A DNA stretch of 64,000 nt, taken from assembly GCA_963978095.1 (NCBI GenBank), contig CAXBQP010000009.1:1-64000 (forward strand), written 5' to 3'. Of this stretch, positions 8,224-17,591 are shown piece by piece (within the stretch, counting starts at the first letter, position 1; every line of letters begins with the position of its first letter). A model generated the notes under the pieces. That model saw nothing but the letters and a program-made list of their open reading frames with translations. It was not told the DNA's origin and made no database searches. Made by a program: the position numbers and the translations under genes. The DNA comes from an uncultured bacterium. GTDB lineage: Bacteria; Gemmatimonadota; Gemmatimonadetes; Gemmatimonadales; Gemmatimonadaceae.

Positions 8224-11200
8224 TTAGAAAGTAAAGTTCATGCGGAGCATGAACGTGCGAAGCGGCGGCGTCGAGAAATACTCTTCGTTGCCGCGCTGAT
8301 CGCTGTTGGACTGTGCGGCCTCGGGATCGACGCCGGTGTACTTGGTCGACACCCCAAGGTTGCGGCCGGTGAAGATCACGTTCCAGCGCTGCGCGCGCAC
8401 GAGGTTCGCCCACGCCTGCGGCATCTCGTACGAGATCGACATTTCGCGCCAGCGCGTGAACGCGCCGTCCTCGAACATCCCCGTGTACACGGCCTGCGTG
8501 GTGGCCAGGGCGGCCGCCTGCATCTCGAGCGGGGCGCTCTGGTCATACCGGCCGCGGCAGGTCACACCGTTCTGGCACTGGTGGCGCAGCGTGTTGTTGA
8601 ACTTCTTGAAGCCCCACTTGCTGTCGATCTGCGACGAGATCCGCAACTTGTGGTTGAGCAGTTCGATCGACGGGGTGAACGCCAGCTCGCGCGTCGGGAA
8701 CGTCGCACCCTGATACACGGCCGTGTCGCTGAACGTCATCTCGCTCAGCACGATGATGCCGTCATTGTTGGCGTCAGTGAACGTGTAGCGCTTGTCCCAC
8801 AGACCGTACAGCGGGTAGCCCGGCAGGTTGCGCTGCGTGCCGCGGTTGCCGCTCGAGATCGGCAGGATGCCGGCACCGAGCGTCAGCATGCGGTTCTTGT
8901 TGGTCGAGCCCGTCAGGGTGAAATCGATGCCGAGCTGCCGGCTGTCGTACAGCTTCTGGTTCCACGTCAACTCGACACCGGTGTTCTGGATGCTGCCGAT
9001 GTTCACGAACTGGTTGGCCAGGCCGGACAGCGACGGCGCGATTTCCTTGTTGATCAAGGCGTCGGTCGTCGTCTTGTCATACGTGGTGAACTCGATGCTG
9101 GTCTTGCCGGAGAACATGGCAAGGTCGAATCCGAATTCCTTTTCCGCCGAGTATTCCGGCTTGAGGATGCTGTTGCCCAGCGATCCGATCGACGCGCCCG
9201 GCGTGTCGCTGCCGTTGGTCAGCGTGGTCGGACCAGCCGAGTAATACAGCACGGCGTCGGTGGCGCCGGGAATCTGACCGGAGGCACCGTAGGTGCCGCG
9301 CAAGCGCAGGGACGTGAGGTACGACGGCTTGTGGAAGAACGACTGCTCCGAGATCAACCAGGAGGCGCCGAACTTCGGGTACCACACGGCGTTGAAATTC
9401 TGACCGAAGGCGCTGGCCGCGTCGCGACGCATGCCGGCGGTGATGAACAGCTTGTCGTTCACGGTGAAGAGCTCCTCGGCGTAGTAGCCCAAGGTGCGCT
9501 TCTCCGAGAAGGTCTGCGTGCTGCTGCGCGTGGCGGCCGCCGACACCGTCACGCCGCCCGGGGGGAGGCCGATGCCGGTGCCCGTCGTGGAGCCGACGGC
9601 ATTCCGGATGTACTGCATGCCCACCGAGGTGCTCGTCTGCAACCACGGCAACAACTGCGCCTTGGCCGTGGCGCCAAGGTCGACGGTCTGCTGATTGATG
9701 CTGAACGACGAGCTGGTGATGTTGCCGGTGCGCACCGTGCCGGTGTTCGGGCCCTCGCCGACCTTGGAGAGGAAGAGGTCGTTGCGGACCGTGAAGTCCG
9801 AGCCGACGGCGGCGTGCGTCGACAGCCAATCCGTCGGATTGAACTGTGTCGTGACGCTGTTGATGAAGCGGTCGATCGCTTGCGTGGTCGTCTGCGCCAG
9901 GACGTCGCCCATCATGAATGAGCGGTATCCGTGCAAGGAGTCACCCTGGGCGTCGAGCAGGTCGCCGCGCCACGCGCCGCCAAGGGCGTCGACCATGAGG
10001 CCGTTGCCGTTGTCTTCGTTCTGCGGCATGCGCGTGAGGCTGTTCACATACGACGACGACACCTGCACGAACCACTTCGGTGCGAGCTGCGCGGAGAGAT
10101 TGGCGCGGAGGCTGTTGCGCGCGAGGGCGTTGGGCCGCATGATGTCGCTCGGCAGGGCCGACACGCCGCGCTCCGTCGTGAGGCGCGTGACCTCACTGGT
10201 CGGCATCTTGTAGATGCCCGTCTCCTGCTCCGACTGCGCCGACACGAAGAACTGGATCTTGTCCGTACCGCCCGAGGCCTGGAAGTTGTAGCTCTTCCGG
10301 TCGCCGGTGCCGATCGGCGTGAGATTCGCCATGTTCAGCACGTTGCCGTGCGAGAGCGAATCGACCGCACAAGTCTTGGCCGCAACGGCCGACAGCAGGC
10401 AGATGGCCGACGTGGTGGACGGCGCGGTCTTGCCCCACAGCGACCACAAGTCCGGATACTTGGCCGTGTTGGTGATCTGACCCGCTTCCATGGTGAAGTT
10501 GTACTTGGTCTTCCCCGACTTGCCGCGCTTGGTGGTGATCACGATGACGCCGTTGGCGGCTTCCGTGCCGTACAGCGTGGCGGCCGACGGACCCTTCACG
10601 ACTTCGATGGTCTCGATTTCGGCGGGGTTGATATCGTCGAGGCGCGACGGGCCCGAGCCACCGACGCTCAGACCGTTGTTCGTGCTGGCCGTCGCGCGGA
10701 CGCCGTCGATGACGACGATCGGGTCGTTGCTCAGCGAGAAGGAGTTCTGGCCGCGGATACGGATACGCGAGCCCGTGCCGGTGGCGCCGGTCGAGATGAC
10801 TTGCACGCTCGACGCACGACCGGAGAGCAACGTCCCCATGTCCTTGATGGGCAGCTCTTCCATCTTCTCGGCGACGGAGATCTGCGTGGTGGAGTTCGCG
10901 AGTTCGACCTTGCGCTGCTGACCCGTGGCCGTGGTGACCACGGCCGACAAGGAGTAGGTCGCCGCCACCATCGTGAAGTTCACGGTGGCCGTTTGGCCGG
11001 CGGCAACGGTGGCCGTGGAACGCAACGGCTGATACCCAAGGCGCACCACCTGCAGCTCGACGGTCCCCGGCGTGACGCCACGGATCGAGTACGCGCCGTC
11101 GGTGCCGGTCAGCGCAGCGAGTTGCGTGCCGGAGACTGAGACACGCGCCCCGACCACCGGCGTCGCCGCGCTGCCTTCCGTGACCTTGCCGGCAACGATA

Positions 11201-11343
11201 CCCGTTGATCCCTGCGCCTCAGCGCTCTGCCACACGCTGCCGAGTAACCCGAGGCCGGCCAACAGGCGAACACCTGCGCGGCGCATTGCCGTGCCGGATG
11301 CCACCCATCGCCGCCGAAGTGAACCTGGCGTCTCTCCCATCAT
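8224..11343 (-). CDS. SusC/RagA-family TonB-dependent outer-membrane transporter
   Basis: N-terminal carboxypeptidase-regulatory-like domain; plug motifs IRIRGQNS, PIVVIDGV, DINPAEIETIEVVKGPSAATLYGTEAANGVIVITTKRG; C-terminal Phe. Start set at the ATG with GGGAG upstream. Confidence 0.92.
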   Translation of the reverse strand: MMGETPGSLRRRWVASGTAMRRAGVRLLAGLGLLGSVWQSAEAQGSTGIVAGKVTEGSAATPVVGARVSVSGTQLAALTGTDGAYSIRGVTPGTVELQVVRLGYQPLRSTATVAAGQTATVNFTMVAATYSLSAVVTTATGQQRKVELANSTTQISVAEKMEELPIKDMGTLLSGRASSVQVISTGATGTGSRIRIRGQNSFSLSNDPIVVIDGVRATASTNNGLSVGGSGPSRLDDINPAEIETIEVVKGPSAATLYGTEAANGVIVITTKRGKSGKTKYNFTMEAGQITNTAKYPDLWSLWGKTAPSTTSAICLLSAVAAKTCAVDSLSHGNVLNMANLTPIGTGDRKSYNFQASGGTDKIQFFVSAQSEQETGIYKMPTSEVTRLTTERGVSALPSDIMRPNALARNSLRANLSAQLAPKWFVQVSSSYVNSLTRMPQNEDNGNGLMVDALGGAWRGDLLDAQGDSLHGYRSFMMGDVLAQTTTQAIDRFINSVTTQFNPTDWLSTHAAVGSDFTVRNDLFLSKVGEGPNTGTVRTGNITSSSFSINQQTVDLGATAKAQLLPWLQTSTSVGMQYIRNAVGSTTGTGIGLPPGGVTVSAAATRSSTQTFSEKRTLGYYAEELFTVNDKLFITAGMRRDAASAFGQNFNAVWYPKFGASWLISEQSFFHKPSYLTSLRLRGTYGASGQIPGATDAVLYYSAGPTTLTNGSDTPGASIGSLGNSILKPEYSAEKEFGFDLAMFSGKTSIEFTTYDKTTTDALINKEIAPSLSGLANQFVNIGSIQNTGVELTWNQKLYDSRQLGIDFTLTGSTNKNRMLTLGAGILPISSGNRGTQRNLPGYPLYGLWDKRYTFTDANNDGIIVLSEMTFSDTAVYQGATFPTRELAFTPSIELLNHKLRISSQIDSKWGFKKFNNTLRHQCQNGVTCRGRYDQSAPLEMQAAALATTQAVYTGMFEDGAFTRWREMSISYEMPQAWANLVRAQRWNVIFTGRNLGVSTKYTGVDPEAAQSNSDQRGNEEYFSTPPLRTFMLRMNFTF

Positions 11344-11416
11344 GCGCGATCTCCCTGAGTAAAACTGGTTCCGATGGCGGTGGTGCCAGCGGCCGTTCGT
11401 CACCCATGGATACGGC

Positions 11417-11434
11417 ACGTAACACAGACGTAAC
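11417..11434. promoter_or_regulatory. Tandem direct repeat, candidate response-regulator box upstream of susC
   Basis: ACGTAAC-N4-ACGTAAC with 11-bp periodicity. Confidence 0.35.
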
Positions 11435-11618
11435 CCGTGGGCCGGACAAAAGTGGGACCAATCGCCGAAGTCGGCAAGTGGTGCGGCCCAAGTGATGGTC
11501 CGGCGCGGGCACTGGGCGGGAGCAGGGGGAGGGCAGCGCTGTTCGCTGGCGAGCATCCGGCCGGTGTATGTTCCTGCCAGCACGATCGGCTCTTACTCTC
11601 TGTTACGGCGAGCATCAC

Positions 11619-12353
11619 GTGGAAATCCATCACTCGCATCATGCCGCGCACGCGAAAGGTCTTCGTGGATATTTGCTTGAGTTTCTGATGCTCTTTCTGG
11701 CGGTCAGCCTCGGGTTTGCCGCTGAGAATCTCCGTGAGCATTTGTCCGACGAGGCCAAAGTCCACGCCTACATGCGCGGCATGGTCGAGGATCTCGAGAT
11801 CGATAGTCTTCGCCTGGCCAACAATATCCAGCGGCTAAAAGGCGACCTGGCCAATGCCGACACGGTGACCCGGATGTACATCGCGAGCCTGTCGACCGGG
11901 CGCTTTCCACAAGGAATCGCCGACAAGGGACGCTTCTCGGGGAACAGCGTGGATGTGGTCTTCAACGACCGCACGGCGTCACAGCTCAAGGGCACCGGGG
12001 CGATTCGACTGATCAAGTCACCGATTGCCCGCGACATGCTGCAGTACTGGAACAATCAAGCGCGCCTGGGCGAGATTCACGACCGGTTCGAGGCGCTGCG
12101 CTTGGAACATCGCAAGGTGGGATGGCGCGCGTTCAACTGGTATGCCGGGGTATATGCCGCCGCGCAGCCGGACGATCCGACCTACCGGAACCATCATCCT
12201 CCGGAAGTCGCCGATCCCACGATCGTCCGCGAGTTCATCAACGTCACGTCGTCGATGTTCAATCTGGCGACGGTGCAATATCTGAAGGCGCTCGAAGAGG
12301 AGCTGGAACTGGGGATCCAGTTGCGCCGAAGCATCCGCGAAGCATACGACTGA
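11619..12353 (+). CDS. Hypothetical membrane-anchored protein (MEVHHH / DUF6090-like family)
   Basis: GTG start: VEIHHSHH...YLLEFLMLFLAVSLGFAAENLREH, then a helical domain with QLKGTGAIRLIK. Confidence 0.7.
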   Translation: MEIHHSHHAAHAKGLRGYLLEFLMLFLAVSLGFAAENLREHLSDEAKVHAYMRGMVEDLEIDSLRLANNIQRLKGDLANADTVTRMYIASLSTGRFPQGIADKGRFSGNSVDVVFNDRTASQLKGTGAIRLIKSPIARDMLQYWNNQARLGEIHDRFEALRLEHRKVGWRAFNWYAGVYAAAQPDDPTYRNHHPPEVADPTIVREFINVTSSMFNLATVQYLKALEEELELGIQLRRSIREAYD

Positions 12354-12370
12354 TGCCAGCGCGTCGCTGA

Positions 12371-13867
12371 TCAGCCGGACGCCACGCCGGTCATCAGTCG
12401 CATCAGCCCCTCCTGGGTCGCCGTGGCGCGGGTGACTTCGCCGGCGAGCACGCCGTCACGCAACACGAGGATGCGCGACGCGACCTTGAGCAACTCGGGA
12501 AGTTCGCTCGAGATCATCAATACCCCCGCTCCGGCCGCGGCGCGCGTGCCGATCCAGGCATGCAGCTCGGCCTTGGTCGCGATATCCACCCCGCGCGTGG
12601 GTTCATCGAGCAGGAGGATCTCCGCGTCGGCCGCGAGCCACTTGGCCATCACCATTTTCTGTTGATTTCCCCCGGAGAGATCGCCGGCCACCGCGTCGGG
12701 CGCCGCTCGAACGCGGAGTCGCGCAAAGGTGGAGCGCACTGCCGTCGACTCGGCCTCACGGTCGATCCAGCCGCCACGCGCGAATCGATCCAGGATCGGC
12801 AGCGTCGCGTTCTCACGCCCCTTCATCGAAAGGACCAGACCCTGCTTCTTGCGGTCCTCCGGCACGAAGCCGAGGCCGAGCTGCATGGCCTGACGCGCCG
12901 TTCGTATGGTGACGGGCGTGCCACGCACAAATACCGATCCGCGCACGGCAGGATCGAGCCCGAACACGGCCTTCGCAATCTCTGATCGCCCGGCTCCCAC
13001 CAATCCCGCGAGCCCGACCACCTCGCCAGAGCGTACGGCGAAGGACACATCGCGGAACCGCCCGAGGGAGGTGAGTCCCTCCACGCGCAGCAGCTCCGAT
13101 CCGGGCGCGATCGCATCGGTCGGCGCATATTCCGTCACCGCGCGACCGATCATGCGCCGCACCACCTCGGCCTCACTCGATTCGGCGGCGCCCTGCGTGT
13201 CCACGAAGCGCCCGTCCCGCAGCACCGTGATGGCATCACACAGCGCGAAGATCTCCGGCATGCGGTGCGACACGTAGACGATCGTCACCCCTCGTTCGCG
13301 CAGGTCGTGCAACAAGCGAAACAGCGCTTCCGTCTCCGGCACGCCGAGTGAGCTCGTCGGTTCATCGAATACGATGACCTTTGCGCCCTCGCCGACCGCC
13401 GCCGCGATCTGCACCAACTGCTGCTCCGCCACGCTGAGGGCGCGCATCTCCCGGTCGGGATCGATGCGAACGCCGACGGCAGCGAGCAGCTCCTGGGCCT
13501 TGGTGCGCAGCGCCGCGCGGTCCACCAGCCCGAAGCGGCGTGGCAGCGCGCCGAGACAGAGGTTTTCCCCGACGGTGAGGTTGTCGCAGAACGAGAGCTC
13601 CTGATGCACCATCGCCACACCGGCGTCGCGCGCATCACGCGGGGACGAAAAACGCACGGGACGGCCGAAGAGCTCGACCGTCCCGCTGTCCGGCACGTGA
13701 ATCCCCGCGAGGATCTTCCCCAGCGTGCTCTTTCCCGCTCCGTTCTCACCGCAGAGGGCATGACACGACCCTGCGGCGACCTCGAAGCTCACGCCGTCGA
13801 GTGCCGTGATCCCGGCGAAATGCTTCGACAGTCCGGTGAACCGGATCGCCGGTGCCGCGGCGCCCAC
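12371..13867 (-). CDS. Monosaccharide ABC transporter ATP-binding protein (RbsA/AraG-like, two domains)
   Basis: GENGAGKST Walker A, FDEPTSSL, LSGGNQQK, LLDEPTRGVD. Confidence 0.95.
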   Translation of the reverse strand: MGAAAPAIRFTGLSKHFAGITALDGVSFEVAAGSCHALCGENGAGKSTLGKILAGIHVPDSGTVELFGRPVRFSSPRDARDAGVAMVHQELSFCDNLTVGENLCLGALPRRFGLVDRAALRTKAQELLAAVGVRIDPDREMRALSVAEQQLVQIAAAVGEGAKVIVFDEPTSSLGVPETEALFRLLHDLRERGVTIVYVSHRMPEIFALCDAITVLRDGRFVDTQGAAESSEAEVVRRMIGRAVTEYAPTDAIAPGSELLRVEGLTSLGRFRDVSFAVRSGEVVGLAGLVGAGRSEIAKAVFGLDPAVRGSVFVRGTPVTIRTARQAMQLGLGFVPEDRKKQGLVLSMKGRENATLPILDRFARGGWIDREAESTAVRSTFARLRVRAAPDAVAGDLSGGNQQKMVMAKWLAADAEILLLDEPTRGVDIATKAELHAWIGTRAAAGAGVLMISSELPELLKVASRILVLRDGVLAGEVTRATATQEGLMRLMTGVASG

Positions 13868-13876
13868 CTCAGTGGC

Positions 13877-14896
13877 TCACTTCGGGAGCGCGAGGAACTT
13901 GGGATCCACGTCCGTGAAGCCCCAATCCTTCAGCTGACGTGCCCAAGCGCCGAGGTTGTCCCTGGAGACGCGCACGAGGTCCATCTGCACGTGCGCCGGG
14001 ACGTCCTGCTTTTTGTAGACGTGGTCGAAGATCGTCTTCACCGAAACATAGCCCCAGCTGTACGTAGGCTGCGCGAAGAGCACCGGGGCGAGCCCCTTGT
14101 CGACGTAGGCCAGCTGCGCCGGGAGCGCGTCGATCGACACGATCTTCACCTTGGCCGGGTTCAGGTCGGTGAGCAGCGTCTGCGTGAAGAGCGCCCAGCC
14201 CCCGATCATGGCGTAGCCGTTCACGTCCGGATAGGCGTTCATCACGCGCAACACTTCGGCCGCGGCATCCTGTGGCGTCTCGGCGTGGTAGAAGGCGTTC
14301 ACGATCGTCATGCCGGGATACTTCTTGGCCGCTTCCTTCACGCCGTTCACGCGCTTCTGGAGATTCGGCGCGTTCTGGTTGCCGCCGAAGATCGCGATCT
14401 TCCCCTTGCCCCCCATCTGCGTCGCGAGTTCATCCATCACTTGGCGACCCATCGCCGCATCGTCGCCGCCGTAGAAGCTGAAGCGCTTGGAGTCGGCCAC
14501 GTCGCTGTCGAAGGTCATGACCGGCACGCCACGATCCACGGCGGCGTTCACCGCGCCCAAGACCTTCCCGGCATCACTCGCGCTCAACAGGATGGCGTTG
14601 GCGCCCCCATCGACCGCCTGCGCGATCCGCTGCGCCTGCACGGTGCCGTCCTCGTTGGGCGGGGTCAGCCAGTCGATCGTGACCGTCACCCCTTCGCTCT
14701 TGCTCAACTCGGCGGCGGCGGCCTCGGCGCCCTGCTTGCCGGAGAGGAAGACGGGGTTGGTGGAGCTCTTGGCGATCAGAGCGATCGTGAAGGTCTTGCC
14801 GCCGCTCGCGGCGGCGCCGCTCTCCTGCTTCCCGCCACCGCAGGCCGCCAATACGGAAAGGCCCGCGACCGTCATCATTCCACGCAGCGTACGCAT
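13877..14896 (-). CDS. Sugar ABC transporter substrate-binding lipoprotein (RbsB-like)
   Basis: Lipobox LAAC; IALIAKSSTNPVF and GVPVMTFDSD motifs. Start MRTLRG overlaps the permease stop. Confidence 0.92.
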   Translation of the reverse strand: MRTLRGMMTVAGLSVLAACGGGKQESGAAASGGKTFTIALIAKSSTNPVFLSGKQGAEAAAAELSKSEGVTVTIDWLTPPNEDGTVQAQRIAQAVDGGANAILLSASDAGKVLGAVNAAVDRGVPVMTFDSDVADSKRFSFYGGDDAAMGRQVMDELATQMGGKGKIAIFGGNQNAPNLQKRVNGVKEAAKKYPGMTIVNAFYHAETPQDAAAEVLRVMNAYPDVNGYAMIGGWALFTQTLLTDLNPAKVKIVSIDALPAQLAYVDKGLAPVLFAQPTYSWGYVSVKTIFDHVYKKQDVPAHVQMDLVRVSRDNLGAWARQLKDWGFTDVDPKFLALPK

Positions 14897-15978
14897 CACG
14901 ACTCCACCACTGAGGCTTGAGGGTTGGACTTTGAAGGGCCCGCGCTTCCGGCGCGCGCGATCCGGCGCGCGAGCAGCTTGGTCCCTCCCTGATCGAGCAC
15001 GACGGCGACGATCATCGCCCCGCCGATGATGATCCATTCGTAGTTCTGGTCCAGATGCAAGGTACGGATCGCCTGCCGGATCATGACGATCAGCAGGGCG
15101 CCGAGCATGGCGCTCACCGCGCTGCCTTTGCCTCCGGTGAGACTCGCGCCGCCCACCACCGCCGACGCGATCACATACAACTCGTATCCGTTGGCATCAG
15201 AGGAGGTCGCCGAGCCGTAGAAGGCGGCACCAAGGAAGGCGGCGACGCCGGCCATGAGGGCGGAAAGCACGAACACGCCCAAGGTGATCCGTCCGACATT
15301 GAGCCCGGAGAAGCGGCTCGCCTCGGCGTTCCCGCCGACGGCGAAGATATGGCGCCCCATCACGGTGCGGGTCAGGTAGAACATCCCCGCGACCGTCGTG
15401 GTGACCATGACCAGCAGCGGAACCGGATAGAGCGCGGTGCCCATCCCCATGGACGCCTTGGCAACCGAGGTGAGCGCCGCCGGCACCAGGATGCTCTCGG
15501 CGTGACTGATCACGAAGGCCACGCCGCGAAGGATCCACATCGTCCCCAGCGTGATGATGAAGGGGTGCACTCCAAGGCCGATCACCATGAGCCCGTTGGC
15601 GAGCCCGCAGAGCAGGGCGACCGCGAGGCATGCGGAGAGTCCGAGTGCGACCGTGGCTGCGGGGCCCATCGGCCCTGCAGCGCGCAACACCATCGCCATG
15701 ACCACGCCGGAGAGTGCGAACACCGCGCCCACGGAAAGGTCGATCCCACCCGAGATGATCACGATCGTCGCTCCCACGCCCATGATCGCGAAAGCGCTCG
15801 CGTCGGTGGCCATCTGGATGAGCGTATGCGCGTTCAGGAAATCGTTGACCGTGCGCCCGGACAACGGATCGGTGTGCGTCCCGGCGGCCAGGGTGAGGGC
15901 GGTACCGAGGACGAACAGGACCGCCAGCAGACCAAGCTGCTGGGAGCGGGCAACAGAGCGACCGAGTGCGCGGAGCAT
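14896..15978 (-). CDS. Sugar ABC transporter permease (RbsC-like)
   Basis: IISGGIDLSVG, HPFIITLGT, AVGGNAEASRFSG, YELYVIASAVVGGASLTGGKGS. Confidence 0.95.
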   Translation of the reverse strand: MLRALGRSVARSQQLGLLAVLFVLGTALTLAAGTHTDPLSGRTVNDFLNAHTLIQMATDASAFAIMGVGATIVIISGGIDLSVGAVFALSGVVMAMVLRAAGPMGPAATVALGLSACLAVALLCGLANGLMVIGLGVHPFIITLGTMWILRGVAFVISHAESILVPAALTSVAKASMGMGTALYPVPLLVMVTTTVAGMFYLTRTVMGRHIFAVGGNAEASRFSGLNVGRITLGVFVLSALMAGVAAFLGAAFYGSATSSDANGYELYVIASAVVGGASLTGGKGSAVSAMLGALLIVMIRQAIRTLHLDQNYEWIIIGGAMIVAVVLDQGGTKLLARRIARAGSAGPSKSNPQASVVES

Positions 15979-16099
15979 CGAGGGGAAAAGCTACGCCCCG
16001 GCACCGGACCGTGCCACCGAAAGCATTCGAATACCTTCCGCCTCCGTGGCCGCTCCGGTAATCTTGCGGGGTTCCCGTCACCTCTGGCTCGAGGGCCCG

Positions 16100-17590
16100 A
16101 TGGCCATCTACAAGTTGCAGTCCAATGTCGGCGGCAAGCGTGCCGCGGCCGCCGCGGCGCGCAAGGCGCCTCCCCAGAAGCCCGTTCGCCCGGTGACCTT
16201 CGGGGTCATCGTCGGGAACCGGGGGTTCTTTCCCGGCCATCTGGCCCGGACGGGGCGTGAGGAGATGCTCGCCGCCCTGGCGAAGGAGGGGTTCAACGCG
16301 GTCGCCCTCGGGATCGAGGAGAGCACGCACGGAGCCGTCGAGAGCCGCGATGAGGCCAAGCGCTGCGCCGCCCTCTTCAAGAAGCACCGCGAGGAGATCG
16401 ACGGAATCATCGTCACCCTCCCGAACTTCGGCGATGAGCGTGCGATCGCCGAGACGATCCGCATGGCGGGGCTCAACGTCCCCGTGCTGATCCACGCCGC
16501 GGCGGACGATCCCAAGAAGATGCTCATCGACAACCGTCGCGACGCGTTTTGCGGCAAGATGTCGGCGTGTAACGTGCTGTCGCAGTACGGAATTCCGTAC
16601 TCCCTCACGACGCTCCACACCATCGCCCCTGACGCGCCCCTCTTCCGCGAGGATCTGCGCCGATTCGCCGCGACTTGTCGCGTGGTGCGCGGGTTGCGCA
16701 ACGCGCGCATCGGCGCGATCGGCGCGCGCCCTGCGGCCTTCAAGACGGTGCGGTACTCCGAGAAACTGCTCGAGGCCTCGGGGATCGCCGTCGAGCCGAT
16801 CGACCTCTCCGAGATCCTTGGGCGCATCAACCGCCTCAAGGACTCCGATAAGGCGGTGAAGGCCAAGCTGGCCGAGATGCATGCCTATGTGGACACGGGC
16901 GCTGTCCCGGATGCGGCGCTCATCAAGATGGCCAAGCTCGGCGTCGTCACCGACCAGTGGATGGTCGAGGCCGACGTCACCATCACCGCCGTACAGTGCT
17001 GGACTTCGCTCGAGGAGTTCTTCGGCGTGGTGCCCTGCACCCTCATGTCGATGATGAGCGATGCCAACGCACCGAGCGCCTGTGAGGTGGATGTCGTCGG
17101 CACCATCAGCATGCACGCGCTGACCTTGGCGTCGCAGACGCCGAGCGCGCTGCTCGATTGGAACAACAACTACGGTACGGATCCCGACAAGGCGGTCTGC
17201 TTCCACTGCAGCAATCTCCCCAAGGCGTTCTTCGAAGCGCCGCGGATGGATTACCAGGAGATCATCGCCGGCACGGTGGGGCGCGAGAACACCTACGGCA
17301 CGATCGTCGGCAAGGTGAAGGCCGGACCGATGACGTACGCGCGATTCTCCACCGACGATCGCCGCGGCGTGATCCGCGGCTATGTGGGGGAAGGGGAGTT
17401 CACCCGCGACAAGCTCACCACCTTCGGCGGCGCCGGCGTGGTGAAGATTCCGCGCTTGCAGGAGCTGCTCCGCCACATCTGCACCAACGGCTTCGAGCAT
17501 CATGTGGCGGGGACCTTCTCGCACGTCGCGGCCGCCGTGCACGACGCGACCACCCGCTACATGGGGTGGGACGTGCATCACCACCAGTAG
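16100..17590 (+). CDS. L-fucose/L-arabinose isomerase family protein (probable L-arabinose isomerase, non-AraA type)
   Basis: IVGNRGFFP, LPNFGDE, RRDAFCGKMS, QCWT, ACEVD, FHCSN, GFEHH; immediately upstream of ribulokinase. Confidence 0.88.
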   Translation: MAIYKLQSNVGGKRAAAAAARKAPPQKPVRPVTFGVIVGNRGFFPGHLARTGREEMLAALAKEGFNAVALGIEESTHGAVESRDEAKRCAALFKKHREEIDGIIVTLPNFGDERAIAETIRMAGLNVPVLIHAAADDPKKMLIDNRRDAFCGKMSACNVLSQYGIPYSLTTLHTIAPDAPLFREDLRRFAATCRVVRGLRNARIGAIGARPAAFKTVRYSEKLLEASGIAVEPIDLSEILGRINRLKDSDKAVKAKLAEMHAYVDTGAVPDAALIKMAKLGVVTDQWMVEADVTITAVQCWTSLEEFFGVVPCTLMSMMSDANAPSACEVDVVGTISMHALTLASQTPSALLDWNNNYGTDPDKAVCFHCSNLPKAFFEAPRMDYQEIIAGTVGRENTYGTIVGKVKAGPMTYARFSTDDRRGVIRGYVGEGEFTRDKLTTFGGAGVVKIPRLQELLRHICTNGFEHHVAGTFSHVAAAVHDATTRYMGWDVHHHQ

Positions 17591-17591
17591 C

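Noticed and set aside
11344..11583. 80-aa N-terminal extension of SusC in the ORF track
   Set aside because: Not protein-like; a good RBS precedes the ATG at 11343.
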